Shown: positions 23,647-34,576 of the stretch, piece after piece | How the letters are laid out: each line of letters starts with the position of its first letter | How positions within the stretch are numbered: position 1 is the stretch's first letter | From: Candidatus Nanopelagicales bacterium | GTDB lineage: Bacteria; Actinomycetota; Actinomycetes; S36-B12 | Direction: 5' to 3' | Length of the DNA stretch: 64,000 bases | NCBI GenBank assembly: GCA_044374195.1 | Contig: JBILOY010000008.1 | Location: forward strand, 8,640 to 72,639 | Notes under the pieces: generated by a model | What the model was told of the DNA's origin: nothing | The model's input: the letters and a program-made list of their open reading frames with translations, nothing else | Databases searched by the model: none | Program-made: the position numbers and the translations under genes

Positions 23647-25686
23647 CTACCGTCGCAGGTCGGGGAGTGCGGCGATTTCGTCGAGGCTGTCGGGGTTGCC
23701 GAGCGCTTCACGTCCTTTGACGGGACGACCGTTGACGGCGTTGCGGACGGCGACTTCGGAGAGTTTTCCGGTTCGGGTGCGGGGGACTGAGCTCGCGGCC
23801 GCGATCACTGCGGGTACGTGGCGCGGTGAGCAGCGGGTCCGGATAGCGGTCTTGATGCGGGCCCGAAGGTCATCGTCGAGTGCGTAGCCTGCGCCGAGGG
23901 TGATGATGAGGACGATGCGAGTGTCTCCGTCCCAGTCCTGGCCGAAGGTGATGGCGTCGGTGATTTCGGGGAAGTCCTCGATGGCTGCGTAGATCTCGGC
24001 GGTGCCGATACGTACTCCGCCGGAGTTCAGGGTGGCGTCGGATCGACCGTGAATAACGACGCCGCCGCGCTCGGTCCATGATGCGTGATCGCCGTGGGCC
24101 CAAATTCCGGGCCAGGTGTCGAAGTAGGTGCCGTGGAAGCGGCTGCCATCGTCATCGCCCCAGATGCCCAACGGCACCGTGGGGAAGGGGTTGAGGCAGA
24201 CGAGTTCACCCGTGCCACCGGGAGGCACGTGATTGCCGTCGTCGTCGAGGATATCGATGGAGCAGCCGAGCGCCGGCCCGGTCATTTCGCCCGCGTGGAA
24301 AGGCTTTGTGGGGTCGCCGCCGATGAAGCAACCAACCAGATCGGTGCCGCCGGAGATCGGGTTGATCATCACGTGCGGGCCGAGCTGATCGGCGAGCCAT
24401 TCGGCTGTGGCTTCTGACAGCGGTGATCCGGTGACCATGATCATCCGCAGGTCGGACAACGGGCCGTCGCGCAGCAAGTCGAGACCGTCGTGGCGAATCT
24501 GGTCGAGCAGGCGTGCGCCGACACCGACGTGCGTGGCGGCGGTGAGGCGTGCGGCGGTGAAGACGCCGAGGATGTCGGGAAAGTTCGCGGCCGCGTCATG
24601 CATCACGAGGGTGGCCCCGGTAGACAGCGCGCTGACCTGCCAGTTCCACATCATCCAGCTGGTGGTGGAGTAGAACAGCATGCGATCGTTCGGACCGCAG
24701 TCGCACTGCAGGCCCACCTCGGTCAGGTGCTTGAGTAGTACGCCGCCAGCCCGATGTATCAGGCACTTGGGCTTGCCGGTCGTGCCGGAGGAGAACAGCA
24801 CGTAGGCCGGGTGATCGAAGGGCAGGCGCGTGTATTCGGGTGCTGCGCCGGCATGCTCGGCCATCGCCTCGTGCAGGCCGGAGATCGAGGTCGACGGGCG
24901 CGAGAGTGATACGGCCGCGGCGCGCACTGAAGTCGTTCCATCGGAATCAGCGGGTGCAGAAGCCAACAGCACATGGCGAAGACTCGGCAGGCCATCGATA
25001 GTCTCGGCGAGGTTTGCGACGCGGTCGAAGTACTTGCCATTCCAGTCGTAGCCGATCGCGGCAATGAGAACGCTCGGGTCAAGTTGTCCGATGCGATCGA
25101 GGATCGCCGGTGCGCCGAACTCGGGTGCCACGCTGCTCACCACCGCGCCTATCGCTAACGCACCCAGATTGGCGACCAGCGCATCGATACCGACGGGCAA
25201 GATGAGCACAACGCGATCACCGGCGCCGACGCCGCGAGTGCGCAGTGCTGCAGCGAACTCCGCAACGCGGGCGGTCAGCTCGTCGCGTGTGAGCTGAGCC
25301 ATGGTCACGATCAAGCCGGCCTTCTCGCCCGACGCAATGACGCGAATTGGTGCCGCATCGGGCCAGTCGCGCAGGAGGTTCTCGGCGATATTTAGCCGGG
25401 CTTCAGGGAAGAACACCGCTTCCGGCAGTACCGACTCCCGATACGCGACAGCGCCCTTCTCGCCCACTACTCCGTAGAAATCCCACACCGCGGACCAGAA
25501 ACCATCCAGATCAGTGACCGACCATTCGTGGAGTCCCACCTGCGGCGGTATTGATGCTCGGCTGCGGGCGAACCCCTCGAACACAGCTCTCTGGGTCGTC
25601 TGGCTCGTGGTGGGGTCGGGAACCCAGGTCGCGCTTTTCGCACCCGTGAGGGGACTCTCCGGGATCATTCCGTCAGGGCGTGTCAC
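23647..25686 (-). CDS. Acetoacetate--CoA ligase (acetoacetyl-CoA synthetase, ANL superfamily)
   Basis: 679 aa with FSSGTTGKPKC AMP-binding motif and C-terminal PRTRTGKLSE. Confidence 0.8.
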   Translation of the reverse strand: MTRPDGMIPESPLTGAKSATWVPDPTTSQTTQRAVFEGFARSRASIPPQVGLHEWSVTDLDGFWSAVWDFYGVVGEKGAVAYRESVLPEAVFFPEARLNIAENLLRDWPDAAPIRVIASGEKAGLIVTMAQLTRDELTARVAEFAAALRTRGVGAGDRVVLILPVGIDALVANLGALAIGAVVSSVAPEFGAPAILDRIGQLDPSVLIAAIGYDWNGKYFDRVANLAETIDGLPSLRHVLLASAPADSDGTTSVRAAAVSLSRPSTSISGLHEAMAEHAGAAPEYTRLPFDHPAYVLFSSGTTGKPKCLIHRAGGVLLKHLTEVGLQCDCGPNDRMLFYSTTSWMMWNWQVSALSTGATLVMHDAAANFPDILGVFTAARLTAATHVGVGARLLDQIRHDGLDLLRDGPLSDLRMIMVTGSPLSEATAEWLADQLGPHVMINPISGGTDLVGCFIGGDPTKPFHAGEMTGPALGCSIDILDDDGNHVPPGGTGELVCLNPFPTVPLGIWGDDDGSRFHGTYFDTWPGIWAHGDHASWTERGGVVIHGRSDATLNSGGVRIGTAEIYAAIEDFPEITDAITFGQDWDGDTRIVLIITLGAGYALDDDLRARIKTAIRTRCSPRHVPAVIAAASSVPRTRTGKLSEVAVRNAVNGRPVKGREALGNPDSLDEIAALPDLRR

Positions 25687-25799
25687 GTGCGAGCCTCGTT
25701 CCCTTCGGTGACCTGGGCTAAGGGTCTTGTATCAGCCCGTTGTCCGCGAGAGTGCCTGTGCTCGCGCGCTGTTGAGCCCGGGCCGAATCAGGTGCGTGA

Positions 25800-27563
25800 T
25801 CAGTCCTTGATCTCGCAGAGAACAGTTCCGGTCGGCACCGTGGTTCCAGCCTCGGCATTGAGCGAGGTGATGGTGCCGGCCTTATGTGCAGTGAGCGGCT
25901 GCTCCATCTTCATGGCCTCGAGCACGACGATGAGATCGCCTGCAGCGACGACCTGGCCCTCGGTGACCTCGACCTTGACGATGGTGCCCTGCATGGGAGC
26001 GGTGAGTGAATCACCGGTGGCGCCGCCACCGGCCTTCTTGCCGCCGCGCTTCTTGGGGCCTGCTGCCTTGGCGCTGCTACCGCCGCCGGACACTGCGCCC
26101 AGGCCGGCGGGGAGGGTGACCTCGATGCGCTTTCCGCCCACCTCGACCACGACCGACTCGCGAGCCGCGGGCTCATTGAGCTCGGAGGCTGCGCCGGAGT
26201 ATGCGGGGATGGTGTTGTTGAACTCGGTCTCGATCCAGCGGGTGTGCACGGTGAATGCGTCATCAGGATTGACCGGCGCGAATGCCGGGTCACGCACGAC
26301 CTCGCGGTGGAAGGTCAGTGCCGTGGCAATGCCATCAATCTGGAACTCGTCGAGTGCACGGCGTGAGCGCTCCAGGGCTTCTTGACGATCGCGACCGGTG
26401 ACGATGAGCTTGGCGAGCAGTGAGTCGAAGTTGCCGCCGATGACATCGCCGGCTTCGAAGCCGGCGTCAACGCGCACGCCGGGGCCGCTCGGCGGATTCC
26501 AGACAGTGAGCACGCCAGGTGCGGGCAGGAAGCCACGGCCGGGATCCTCGCCGTTGATGCGGAACTCGATCGAGTGACCGCGAAGTACGGGATCGGCGTA
26601 GTCGATGACGCCGCCCTCGGCGATCCGGAACTGCTCGCGCACGAGATCAATGCCGGCAACTTCTTCCGTGACGGGGTGCTCGACCTGTAGGCGCGTGTTG
26701 ACCTCGAGGAAGGAGATCGTGCCGTCGACACCGACGAGGAACTCGCAGGTGCCCGCGTTGTAGTAGCCGGCCTCCTTGAGGATCGCCTTTGATGATGCGT
26801 AGAGCTCATCGAGCTGGGCCTGCGAGAGGAACGGGGCAGGTGCCTCCTCGACCAGCTTCTGGTGACGACGCTGCAGGGAGCAGTCGCGGGTCGAGACGAC
26901 CACGACATTGCCGTGCATGTCGGCGAGGCACTGGGTCTCGACGTGACGCGGGTTGTCGAGGTAACGCTCGACGAAGCACTCGCCGCGACCGAAGGCTGCG
27001 ATGGCCTCGCGAACCGCGGAGTCGAATAGATCAGGAATCTCCTCGAGGGTGCGGGCAACCTTCAAGCCGCGACCGCCGCCACCGAACGCTGCCTTGATGG
27101 CAACAGGGAGGCCGTGCTTCTTCGCGAACTCGACAACCTCGCCGGAATCCTTGACGGGATCAGGGGTGCCGGGAACCTGCGGGGCGCCAGCGCGCTGGGC
27201 GATATGGCGTGCGGAGACCTTGTCGCCCAGTGAGCGGATCGCATCCGGTGACGGACCGATCCAAGTGATGCCGGCATCAATGACGGCCTGCGCGAAGTCA
27301 GCGTTCTCGGAGAGGAAGCCGTAGCCGGGGTGAATGGCGTCGGCACCGGACTGCTTGGCGGCGTCGATGATCTTGTCGATGACCAGGTAACTCTCTGCAG
27401 CGGTGTTACCACCGAGGGCGATGGCCTGATCGGCCAGGCGCACGTGCAACGCGTCGCGATCAGGCTCGGCGTAAACGGCGACGGACTGGAGCCCGGCGTC
27501 ACGGCAAGCACGAATGACGCGGATGGCGATTTCACCACGGTTGGCGATGAGAACGGTGCGCAC
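25800..27563 (-). CDS. accA: Acetyl/propionyl-CoA carboxylase alpha subunit (biotin carboxylase + BCCP)
   Basis: [19 protein letters not shown]..., with C-terminal biotinylation motif [11 protein letters not shown] start preceded by GAAGGAG. Confidence 0.9.
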   Translation of the reverse strand: MRTVLIANRGEIAIRVIRACRDAGLQSVAVYAEPDRDALHVRLADQAIALGGNTAAESYLVIDKIIDAAKQSGADAIHPGYGFLSENADFAQAVIDAGITWIGPSPDAIRSLGDKVSARHIAQRAGAPQVPGTPDPVKDSGEVVEFAKKHGLPVAIKAAFGGGGRGLKVARTLEEIPDLFDSAVREAIAAFGRGECFVERYLDNPRHVETQCLADMHGNVVVVSTRDCSLQRRHQKLVEEAPAPFLSQAQLDELYASSKAILKEAGYYNAGTCEFLVGVDGTISFLEVNTRLQVEHPVTEEVAGIDLVREQFRIAEGGVIDYADPVLRGHSIEFRINGEDPGRGFLPAPGVLTVWNPPSGPGVRVDAGFEAGDVIGGNFDSLLAKLIVTGRDRQEALERSRRALDEFQIDGIATALTFHREVVRDPAFAPVNPDDAFTVHTRWIETEFNNTIPAYSGAASELNEPAARESVVVEVGGKRIEVTLPAGLGAVSGGGSSAKAAGPKKRGGKKAGGGATGDSLTAPMQGTIVKVEVTEGQVVAAGDLIVVLEAMKMEQPLTAHKAGTITSLNAEAGTTVPTGTVLCEIKD

Positions 27564-27609
27564 GGGGCTCCTTCTTTCGGGACCGGATTCTCATCCGGCA
27601 CTGCAGTTT

Positions 27610-27618
27610 ATTGAGTTA
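27610..27618 (-). promoter_or_regulatory. AT-rich motif copy (ATTGAGTTA on +, TAACTCAAT on -), 47-55 nt upstream of the accA start
   Basis: The same 9-mer occurs at 30180-30188 upstream of accD5. It lies in an AT-rich patch of a GC-rich intergenic region. Confidence 0.3.
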
Positions 27619-27672
27619 TTTCAGGGTCAGGGGGTCAGATGGTCGGCCGGGGCCGAGCGCCGGCTGTGAAGA

Positions 27673-28272
27673 TCACCACAGGCTGGGCCAGGCCACGCCG
27701 AGGCGAGTGAGCAGGGCACGCAGCAGGGGAAGTGACAGCCCGATCACATTGGACGGGTCGCCGTCGATTCGCTCGACGAATGGCGCGCCCAGACCATCGA
27801 GGGTGAAGCCACCGGCGACCTGCAAGGGCTCGCCCGTGGCGATGTAGGCATCGATCTCGGCCTCGGTCAGCACGCCGTGCACGACAGTGGTGCTGGCCAC
27901 TTCGCCGAGTTCATCGTTGCCGCGGATAACCCAATGACCGGTGCGAAGAATTCCGGAACGGCCGGACATCTGCTGCCAGCGGCTCTTGGCTGTCGCGGCA
28001 TCCTCCGGCTTTCCGTAGGCGACCCCGTCGATCTCGAGTACCGAATCACAGCCGATGACGATGATCTCGGCGTTGTCGCGAAACTCGGCTGCGACAGCCA
28101 GAGCCTTCGCGCGCGCGAGTTCCAGGCAGAGTTCGGTGGGGGAGGCGTCTGGCATCGCGGTCTCGATGGCTCGCTCGTCGACGTCGCTGACTCGAATCAC
28201 CGGGGAGATTCCGGCATCGGTCAGGAGCCGCTTGCGGGCAGGCGAGGCGGAGGCGAGGACGAGAGTGGGCAT
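27673..28272 (-). CDS. maf: Maf-like nucleoside triphosphate pyrophosphatase
   Basis: MPTLVLASASPARKRLL... I chose the internal ATG at 28272, 2 nt after the accE stop codon. Confidence 0.8.
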   Translation of the reverse strand: MPTLVLASASPARKRLLTDAGISPVIRVSDVDERAIETAMPDASPTELCLELARAKALAVAAEFRDNAEIIVIGCDSVLEIDGVAYGKPEDAATAKSRWQQMSGRSGILRTGHWVIRGNDELGEVASTTVVHGVLTEAEIDAYIATGEPLQVAGGFTLDGLGAPFVERIDGDPSNVIGLSLPLLRALLTRLGVAWPSLW

Positions 28273-28274
28273 AT

Positions 28275-28496
28275 CTAGCGCGGCAGGCTCGAGGCACGCC
28301 ACGAGCCGAAGCCCGCACCGAGCGACGGCCGGGTCTGGCGGCCCTTGCTGGCCCACAGACTCAGTCGCTGGGGCTTACTCGGCTTGCTCGAATCGGCGCG
28401 TGCTGTCACGAGTGCGATGACGATCGCGAGTTCTTCGGGAGTGGGATCGCCGGAGACGACGCGAAGCAGGGGCAGGGTGCTCTCGTTGTCGGCCAT
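28275..28496 (-). CDS. accE: Acyl-CoA carboxylase epsilon subunit
   Basis: 73 aa containing LRVVSGDPTPEELAIVIALV, immediately downstream of the carboxyltransferase gene. Confidence 0.65.
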   Translation of the reverse strand: MADNESTLPLLRVVSGDPTPEELAIVIALVTARADSSKPSKPQRLSLWASKGRQTRPSLGAGFGSWRASSLPR

Positions 28497-28509
28497 TTGT
28501 GCCTCCCGC

Positions 28510-30105
28510 TTACAGCGGGATGTTCCCGTGCTTCTTCGGGGGGCGCGTCTCGCGCTTGTTGCGCAGTGCGCGCAGCGCGCGGGTCACCATGGCGCGAGTC
28601 TCATGCGGCAAGATCACGCGATCGATGTAGCCACGCTCGGCAGCCATGTACGGATTCGCCAGGGTGTCCTGGTACTCGTCGAGCAGGCGCACACGCTCGG
28701 CATTTGGATCATCGGAAGCGGCGAGCTCCTTGCGGTACAAGATGTTGACCGCACCTTGGCCGCCCATGACCGCGATCTCGGCGGTCGGCCAGGCCAGGTT
28801 GATGTCGGCACCTAGGTGCTTGGAGCCCATGACGTCATAGGCACCGCCGTAGGCCTTGCGCGTGATAACCGTGACGAGCGGAACAGTAGCCTCGGCGTAG
28901 GCGTAGATGAGCTTTGCGCCGCGACGGATGATGCCGTTCCACTCCTGATCGGTGCCCGGAAGGAAGCCCGGGACGTCGACCAGGGTGAGAACCGGAATGT
29001 TGAACGCATCGCATGTGCGCACGAATCGCGCGGCCTTCTCCGACGCGTCGATGTCCAGAGTGCCGGCGAACTGCATCGGCTGGTTAGCGACGATGCCGAC
29101 CGAGCGACCCTCGATACGACCGAAGCCGCACAAGATGTTCGGGGCGAACAGCGGCTGAGTCTCGAGGAACTCGCCGTCGTCGAGCAGGTGCTCGATGACG
29201 CGGTGCATGTCGTACGGCTGATTGGGGGAGTCGGGGATCAACGTGTCGAGCTCGAGATCTTCGTCGTTGACGTCGAGGTCGGACTCGATGTCGAAGACCG
29301 GCGGCTCCTCGAGGTTATTGCTCGGTAGGTAGGAGAGCAGCGCGCGCAAATACTCGAACGCGTCCTCCTCATCGGTCGCCATGTAGTGAGCGACACCATT
29401 CTTCGAGTTGTGCGTGCGTGCGCCGCCGAGCTCTTCGAATTCGACGTCCTCGCCTGTGACGCTCTTGATGACCTCAGGGCCGGTGATGAACATGTGCGAG
29501 GTCTTGTCGACCATCACGATGAAGTCGGTGATCGCGGGGGAGTACACCGCGCCGCCGGCGCATGGGCCGAGGATCAACGAGATCTGCGGGATGACGCCCG
29601 AGGCCTGCACATTGCGTCGGAAGATCTCGCCGTACTGCGCGAGGGAGACCACGCCTTCTTGGATTCGAGCACCGCCTGAGTCGTTGAGGCCGATGACCGG
29701 ACAACCGGTCTTCATGGCGAAGTCCATGACCTTGACGATCTTCTCGCCGAACACCTCGCCGAGAGATCCGCCGAAGACGGTGAAGTCCTGGGCGAACACG
29801 GCGACGGGGCGACCGTCGATGGTGCCGTAGCCGGTGATGACGCCGTCACCGAAGGGACGGTTCTTCTCCAGGCCGAAGTTATGCGAGCGGTGACGGGCCA
29901 GGCCGTCGAGCTGCTGGAAGGACTCCGGGTCGAGCAGGGCGTCGATGCGCTCCATGGCCGTCAACTTGCCCTTGGCATGCTGCTTGTCGATCGAATCGGC
30001 CCGGCGGTCCTGGGCCTCGGCGCGGCGGGCCTTCAGAACTTCTGCCTTGCCCTCGGTCGAGCGCTTGTCGATCACCGGGGTGTTGTCTTGTGCTGCCGCA
30101 GTCAT
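28510..30105 (-). CDS. accD5: Acyl-CoA carboxylase beta subunit (propionyl/acetyl-CoA carboxyltransferase, AccD5/PccB-like)
   Basis: 531 aa with ...[19 protein letters not shown]... and [10 protein letters not shown] motifs. Confidence 0.9.
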   Translation of the reverse strand: MTAAAQDNTPVIDKRSTEGKAEVLKARRAEAQDRRADSIDKQHAKGKLTAMERIDALLDPESFQQLDGLARHRSHNFGLEKNRPFGDGVITGYGTIDGRPVAVFAQDFTVFGGSLGEVFGEKIVKVMDFAMKTGCPVIGLNDSGGARIQEGVVSLAQYGEIFRRNVQASGVIPQISLILGPCAGGAVYSPAITDFIVMVDKTSHMFITGPEVIKSVTGEDVEFEELGGARTHNSKNGVAHYMATDEEDAFEYLRALLSYLPSNNLEEPPVFDIESDLDVNDEDLELDTLIPDSPNQPYDMHRVIEHLLDDGEFLETQPLFAPNILCGFGRIEGRSVGIVANQPMQFAGTLDIDASEKAARFVRTCDAFNIPVLTLVDVPGFLPGTDQEWNGIIRRGAKLIYAYAEATVPLVTVITRKAYGGAYDVMGSKHLGADINLAWPTAEIAVMGGQGAVNILYRKELAASDDPNAERVRLLDEYQDTLANPYMAAERGYIDRVILPHETRAMVTRALRALRNKRETRPPKKHGNIPL

Positions 30106-30140
30106 GGGGGCCTCCTCGCCTGAGCTACCTTAACCAGGTG

Positions 30141-30929
30141 ATGACCCCCAGTTCTCGGTTACGGCTTTCCGCTGAGCGAATTGAGTTACTCATCACACTT
30201 TCAAGTAACTCATGGCCAGCACCGGAACTCGTGGACGAAGTGGACTCCACCAATCGCCTCCTTGCTGAGCGCTCGGATGACCGTGAGGGCACGGCGATCG
30301 TGGCCGAGATCCAGACCGCTGGTCGGGGCCGCCTCGGCCGTACCTGGGAGAGCCCGTGGGGCTCAGGTGTGTGGATGTCCGTGCTTGTGCGGCCGGCCGA
30401 CCAGCCACGCTCCTCCTGGGCCTGGCTGCCCCTGATCACCGCCTTGGCGGTCAGGGATGCACTGACTACCGCGTGCGGCCTCACGTGCGGCCTTAAATGG
30501 CCAAATGACCTGGTCAGCGAGGGTGATGAGGTGCGCAAGCTCGGCGGAATCCTGGTCGAGGTCGTGGGACCAGAAGCCGTAATTCTGGGGATCGGCGTGA
30601 ATATGAGCTTGGTTCAGGAGGAACTGCCAACCCCGGCGGCGACCTCCGTGTTCCTCGAGGGTGGCGAGCCTGACCGCGAAGCCTTCGTGGTGGCCCTTCA
30701 GGGGGCCCTCGAGTCTCGCCTGGCGGCCTGGCGGGCCGGTGAGTCGCCCATCGACGACTACCGATCCGCCTGCGTCACGGTGGGCCGCCAGGTCTGCGTG
30801 CACCTACCCGATGGCACCGAGTTGGTCGGAATAGCCGAGGGCATTGCCGATGACGGTCGTCTGATGGTCAGTCACCAGGGAAACACTGTCATCGTCGCCG
30901 CCGGCGACGTCATTCATGCAACGATCTGA
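30141..30929 (+). CDS. birA: Biotin--[acetyl-CoA-carboxylase] ligase (group I, no DNA-binding domain)
   Basis: EVDSTNRLL and QTAGRGRLGRTWES (GRGRxGR motif), KWPND. The N-terminus aligns from memory with mycobacterial BirA, which supports the start at 30141. Confidence 0.85.
   Translation: MTPSSRLRLSAERIELLITLSSNSWPAPELVDEVDSTNRLLAERSDDREGTAIVAEIQTAGRGRLGRTWESPWGSGVWMSVLVRPADQPRSSWAWLPLITALAVRDALTTACGLTCGLKWPNDLVSEGDEVRKLGGILVEVVGPEAVILGIGVNMSLVQEELPTPAATSVFLEGGEPDREAFVVALQGALESRLAAWRAGESPIDDYRSACVTVGRQVCVHLPDGTELVGIAEGIADDGRLMVSHQGNTVIVAAGDVIHATI
30182..30212. promoter_or_regulatory. Perfect 9-bp inverted repeat TGAGTTACT-N13-AGTAACTCA inside the birA 5' coding region, 77-107 nt upstream of the divergent accD5 start
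   Basis: Read directly from the sequence. The local patch 30180-30215 is about 36 percent G+C by hand count in a GC-rich genome. Confidence 0.4.
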
Positions 30930-30931
30930 CC

Positions 30932-31468
30932 ATGGCCTACCCCACCAAGTTGCTGTCACCTGACGAGACGATCAAGTTCGAGACCAAGCCGCATTGGCGC
31001 GCTCTGATCGCTCCCGCGGTGGTGCTGCTCTTCACCGTCTTCGGATTCGCCCTGCTCTTCACCTGGGCCGTGAGCCAAAGTGACTGGCTGAGCTGGCTTC
31101 GCTGGGTGATCCTTGCCGCTGCCATCGTGATCTTGATCCTGTGGGCCATCGGGCCATTCCTGCGCTGGCTGACCACCGACTACGTCTTCACCGATCGTCG
31201 TGTCATCACGCGTATGGGAATCATCACCAAGCGAGGTCGTGACGTACCGCTCTCGAAGATCAACAATGTTTCCTTCGTCGTGCCTGCACTCGGTCGCATC
31301 CTCAACTACGGCGAGCTGCAGATCCAGTCCGCAGGCGAGAACGAGGGACTCACCATCCGCGACGTGCCCAACGTCGAGGAGATCCAGCGCGACGTTTACC
31401 AGTTCATCGAGGCTGATGACGCTCGTCGTCGCAGCGGCGGCCCCTCACTCTCGACCGACGGCACCTGA
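30932..31468 (+). CDS. Membrane protein with bacterial PH (bPH_2/YdbT-like) domain
   Basis: Two TM helices followed by FTDRRVITRMGIITKRGRDVPLSKINNVSF. Confidence 0.65.
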   Translation: MAYPTKLLSPDETIKFETKPHWRALIAPAVVLLFTVFGFALLFTWAVSQSDWLSWLRWVILAAAIVILILWAIGPFLRWLTTDYVFTDRRVITRMGIITKRGRDVPLSKINNVSFVVPALGRILNYGELQIQSAGENEGLTIRDVPNVEEIQRDVYQFIEADDARRRSGGPSLSTDGT

Positions 31469-31496
31469 TCCTCATTGCGGCCGATAGCCTTGCCCA

Positions 31497-32657
31497 GTGA
31501 GTGAGCAGGTGGATCCCGCGCCCCGCGTCGGCATGGTCGGCGGTGGCCAGTTGGCCCGTATGTCGGCAGCCCCTGCAGCCGCACTCGGCATTGGCTTTCG
31601 CGTCCTTGCGGCATCCGAGAACGAGTCCGCAGCACAGGTAGTCAATGACGTTTTCCTGGGTTCACATGATTGCCTCGATGACCTTTTGGGCTTCGCTCGC
31701 GGTCTTGATGTGATCACCTTCGACCACGAGCATGTTCCGCCCGCGTATCTCGAGCAGCTTGAGGCAATGGGTGTAGCCGTACGCCCTGGCCCCTCCGCTC
31801 TCTTCCACGCGCAGGACAAGCTGCACATGCGCCGCGCATTGAGCGATGCGGGCATTCCCTGCCCGGCGTGGGCCGAGGTGCATGACCTGCGCGGAGTAGC
31901 TGACTTCGCCGAGATCGTCGGTTGGCCGATGGTGCTCAAGACTTCGCGCGGCGGTTATGACGGTAAGGGTGTGTGGGTTGTCGACTCGCTCGACGAAGCC
32001 GAAAAAGTCATCGCGCTTCCACTTCCGACAGGGGCCGCGTGGCTCGCCGAGCAGTGCATCGATTTCGTGCAAGAACTCTCTGCGCAGGTCGCGCGCTCAC
32101 CACACGGCCAGGCGGTTGCCTACCCGATCGTGCGCACCGTGCAGGCCAATGGCATCTGCGCAGAGGTCATCGCTCCGGCCCCTGGCCTACTGAATGAGCG
32201 TGCCGTACAGGCACAGCGAATCGCACTGCAGATCGCCCAGGATTTAAATGTCACCGGCATGCTCGCCGTTGAGTTGTTCGATGACGGCCACGACCTTTAC
32301 GTGAATGAGCTGGCGATGCGCCCGCACAACTCCGGTCACTGGAGCATCGAGGGTGCCGTCACGAGCCAGTTCGAGAACCACCTACGAGCTGTACTGGACC
32401 TTCCGTTGGGTAGTCCCGCGATGAAGACGGAGTGCGCAGTGATGGTGAACATCCTCGGTGGCGATGTCGGCGACCTCTACTCGGCCTACAAGCACGTGAT
32501 GGCGCGCGACCCGGGCCTGAAGGTGCACCTCTACGGGAAGGCGGTGCGGCCCGGCCGCAAGGTTGGTCACGTCACGGTGCTCGGCAACGACCTCGACGAC
32601 CTCCTGGCCAGGGGCCGTCACGCAGCCGATTACTTCTCGGGCAGAATTGATGAGTAG
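31497..32657 (+). CDS. purK: N5-carboxyaminoimidazole ribonucleotide synthase
   Basis: [12 protein letters not shown]... ATP-grasp pattern and ...[11 protein letters not shown] at the C-terminus. Confidence 0.9.
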   Translation: MSEQVDPAPRVGMVGGGQLARMSAAPAAALGIGFRVLAASENESAAQVVNDVFLGSHDCLDDLLGFARGLDVITFDHEHVPPAYLEQLEAMGVAVRPGPSALFHAQDKLHMRRALSDAGIPCPAWAEVHDLRGVADFAEIVGWPMVLKTSRGGYDGKGVWVVDSLDEAEKVIALPLPTGAAWLAEQCIDFVQELSAQVARSPHGQAVAYPIVRTVQANGICAEVIAPAPGLLNERAVQAQRIALQIAQDLNVTGMLAVELFDDGHDLYVNELAMRPHNSGHWSIEGAVTSQFENHLRAVLDLPLGSPAMKTECAVMVNILGGDVGDLYSAYKHVMARDPGLKVHLYGKAVRPGRKVGHVTVLGNDLDDLLARGRHAADYFSGRIDE

Positions 32658-33183
32658 TCATCCGACGGGAGATCCCATGAGCGGTACCACCTCTTCAGCA
32701 GGCGCACCCCTCGTGGGCATCGTCATGGGCAGCGACTCCGACTGGCCGGTGATGCAGGCCGCTGCGGCCGCCCTCGAGGAATTCGGTATTGCGTTCGAGA
32801 CAGGCGTTGTCTCCGCGCACCGCATGCCCCAGGAAATGGTCGACTACGGGACCTCTGCCGTGGCTCGCGGGCTCAAGGTGATCATTGCCGGCGCTGGTGG
32901 TGCTGCTCATCTGCCGGGCATGCTCGCCGCACTGACGCCTATTCCTGTCATCGGCGTGCCCGTGGCTGTGGGCACCCTCGATGGTATGGACTCCCTGCTC
33001 TCGATCGTGCAGATGCCAGCGGGTGTTCCGGTCGCGACTGTTGCCATTGGCAACGCGCGCAATGCGGGCCTGCTTGCTGCGCGCATTCTCGGTGTCGCCG
33101 ACGACGACCTTCGCGATGACATGGTGACCTTCCAGGCCGATCTCAATGCCACAGCGAAGGCCAAGGGCCAGAACCTCAAGTAG
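32650..33183 (+). CDS. purE: N5-carboxyaminoimidazole ribonucleotide mutase
   Basis: [20 protein letters not shown] and [10 protein letters not shown] motifs. The start is 32650 (overlapping purK) or 32677. Confidence 0.9.
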   Translation: MSSHPTGDPMSGTTSSAGAPLVGIVMGSDSDWPVMQAAAAALEEFGIAFETGVVSAHRMPQEMVDYGTSAVARGLKVIIAGAGGAAHLPGMLAALTPIPVIGVPVAVGTLDGMDSLLSIVQMPAGVPVATVAIGNARNAGLLAARILGVADDDLRDDMVTFQADLNATAKAKGQNLK

Positions 33184-33184
33184 T

Positions 33185-33205
33185 TCGCACGAACGTATCG
33201 TGCGA
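33185..33205. terminator. Hairpin between convergent purE and udg
   Basis: Perfect 8-bp stem tcgcacga / tcgtgcga with a 5-nt loop. There is no clear U-tract. Confidence 0.45.
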
Positions 33206-33213
33206 GTGCCGAA

Positions 33214-34527
33214 TCAGGCGGTCGGACGACCGAGTGCTCGGTAACTCCAGCCGGCTGCGCGCCACTGCGCGGGGTCGAGGGTGTTGCGGGCATCGATCAC
33301 ATGGAGGGTGGTGGCGATAGCAGCGACCTTGGCCGGGTCAAGCTCACGGTACTCACGCCACTCGGTGAGGTGCAGCACTAGCTCGGCGTCGGCGAGGGCT
33401 GTCATCACGTCTTGCTCGTAGCTGAGCTTCGGATAGATGCGTGCCGCATTGGCAAGGGCCTTGGGGTCATGAACGGTGACGTTGCCACCCTCATTATGAA
33501 TAGTTGCCGCTACGGCAAGCGACGGTGAGTCACGCACGTCATCACTGTCGGGCTTGAATGCAGCGCCAAGTACGACAACCTTCTTGCCATCAAAGCTTCC
33601 GCCCACTGCAGCGCGAGCAAGGTCGACGGTGTGAGAGCGACGGCGCAAGTTGATCTGGTCGACCTCGCGCAGGAAGGTAAGTGCCTCCTCAGCGCCAATC
33701 TCGCCGGCACGAGCCATGAATGCCCGGATGTCCTTGGGCAGGCAGCCGCCGCCGAAGCCGAGCCCGGCAGCCAGGAAACGATTACCGATGCGTGGGTCGT
33801 ATCCGATTGCCTCGGCAAGCTTGGTGACATCGGCGCCGGCTGCCTCGCAGACCTCGGCCATTGCGTTGATGAAGGAGATCTTGGTTGCCAGGAACGAGTT
33901 CGCCGCGACCTTGACCAATTCGGCTGTCGGGAAATCGGTGACCAGGAACGGGATGCCCTCGGCAAGAAGTGGTGCGTAGACCTCGCGGAGAATTCGCTCG
34001 CTGCGCTCGGATCGCACGCCGACCACGAGTCGATCCGGATGCAAGGTGTCCTCGACCGCGAAGCCCTCGCGCAAGAACTCGGGATTCCAGGCAACCTCCA
34101 CGCCTTCGACCGAAGCGAGATTCGCTGCAATGGTGTCAGCGGAACCCACGGGCACGGTGGACTTGCCCACCACGAGATCGCCCGACTTCAGGTGCGGAGT
34201 CAAGGCTGCGACAGAGCCGAAGACCTGGGTCATGTCAGCGGCGTGTGAGCCTGCCTGTTGCGGCGTGCCCACGCAGATGAAGTGGACGTCGGCAAAGGCG
34301 CCAGCTTCCGCAAGACTGGTCGTGAATCTGAGTCGCCCGGCCTCGATATTGCGCGCGAGTACTTCGTCGAGCCCTGGCTCGTAGAAGGGCACGCGACCGC
34401 TCTGGAGCAACTCGACCTTGGCGGGGTCGACGTCAACACCGATCACCTCGAAACCGAGTTCAGCCATGCAGGCCGCATGGGTTGCGCCGAGGTAGCCGGT
34501 GCCGATGACAGACAGACGATGGGCCAT
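33214..34527 (-). CDS. udg: UDP-glucose 6-dehydrogenase
   Basis: LSVIGTGYLGATHAACMA Rossmann motif and GFGGGCLPKD catalytic Cys motif. Confidence 0.85.
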   Translation of the reverse strand: MAHRLSVIGTGYLGATHAACMAELGFEVIGVDVDPAKVELLQSGRVPFYEPGLDEVLARNIEAGRLRFTTSLAEAGAFADVHFICVGTPQQAGSHAADMTQVFGSVAALTPHLKSGDLVVGKSTVPVGSADTIAANLASVEGVEVAWNPEFLREGFAVEDTLHPDRLVVGVRSERSERILREVYAPLLAEGIPFLVTDFPTAELVKVAANSFLATKISFINAMAEVCEAAGADVTKLAEAIGYDPRIGNRFLAAGLGFGGGCLPKDIRAFMARAGEIGAEEALTFLREVDQINLRRRSHTVDLARAAVGGSFDGKKVVVLGAAFKPDSDDVRDSPSLAVAATIHNEGGNVTVHDPKALANAARIYPKLSYEQDVMTALADAELVLHLTEWREYRELDPAKVAAIATTLHVIDARNTLDPAQWRAAGWSYRALGRPTA

Positions 34528-34576
34528 GCCAGAAGGCTATCGGGAGCAGTGCCCTGACCCGAACGTCTACGCTAAG

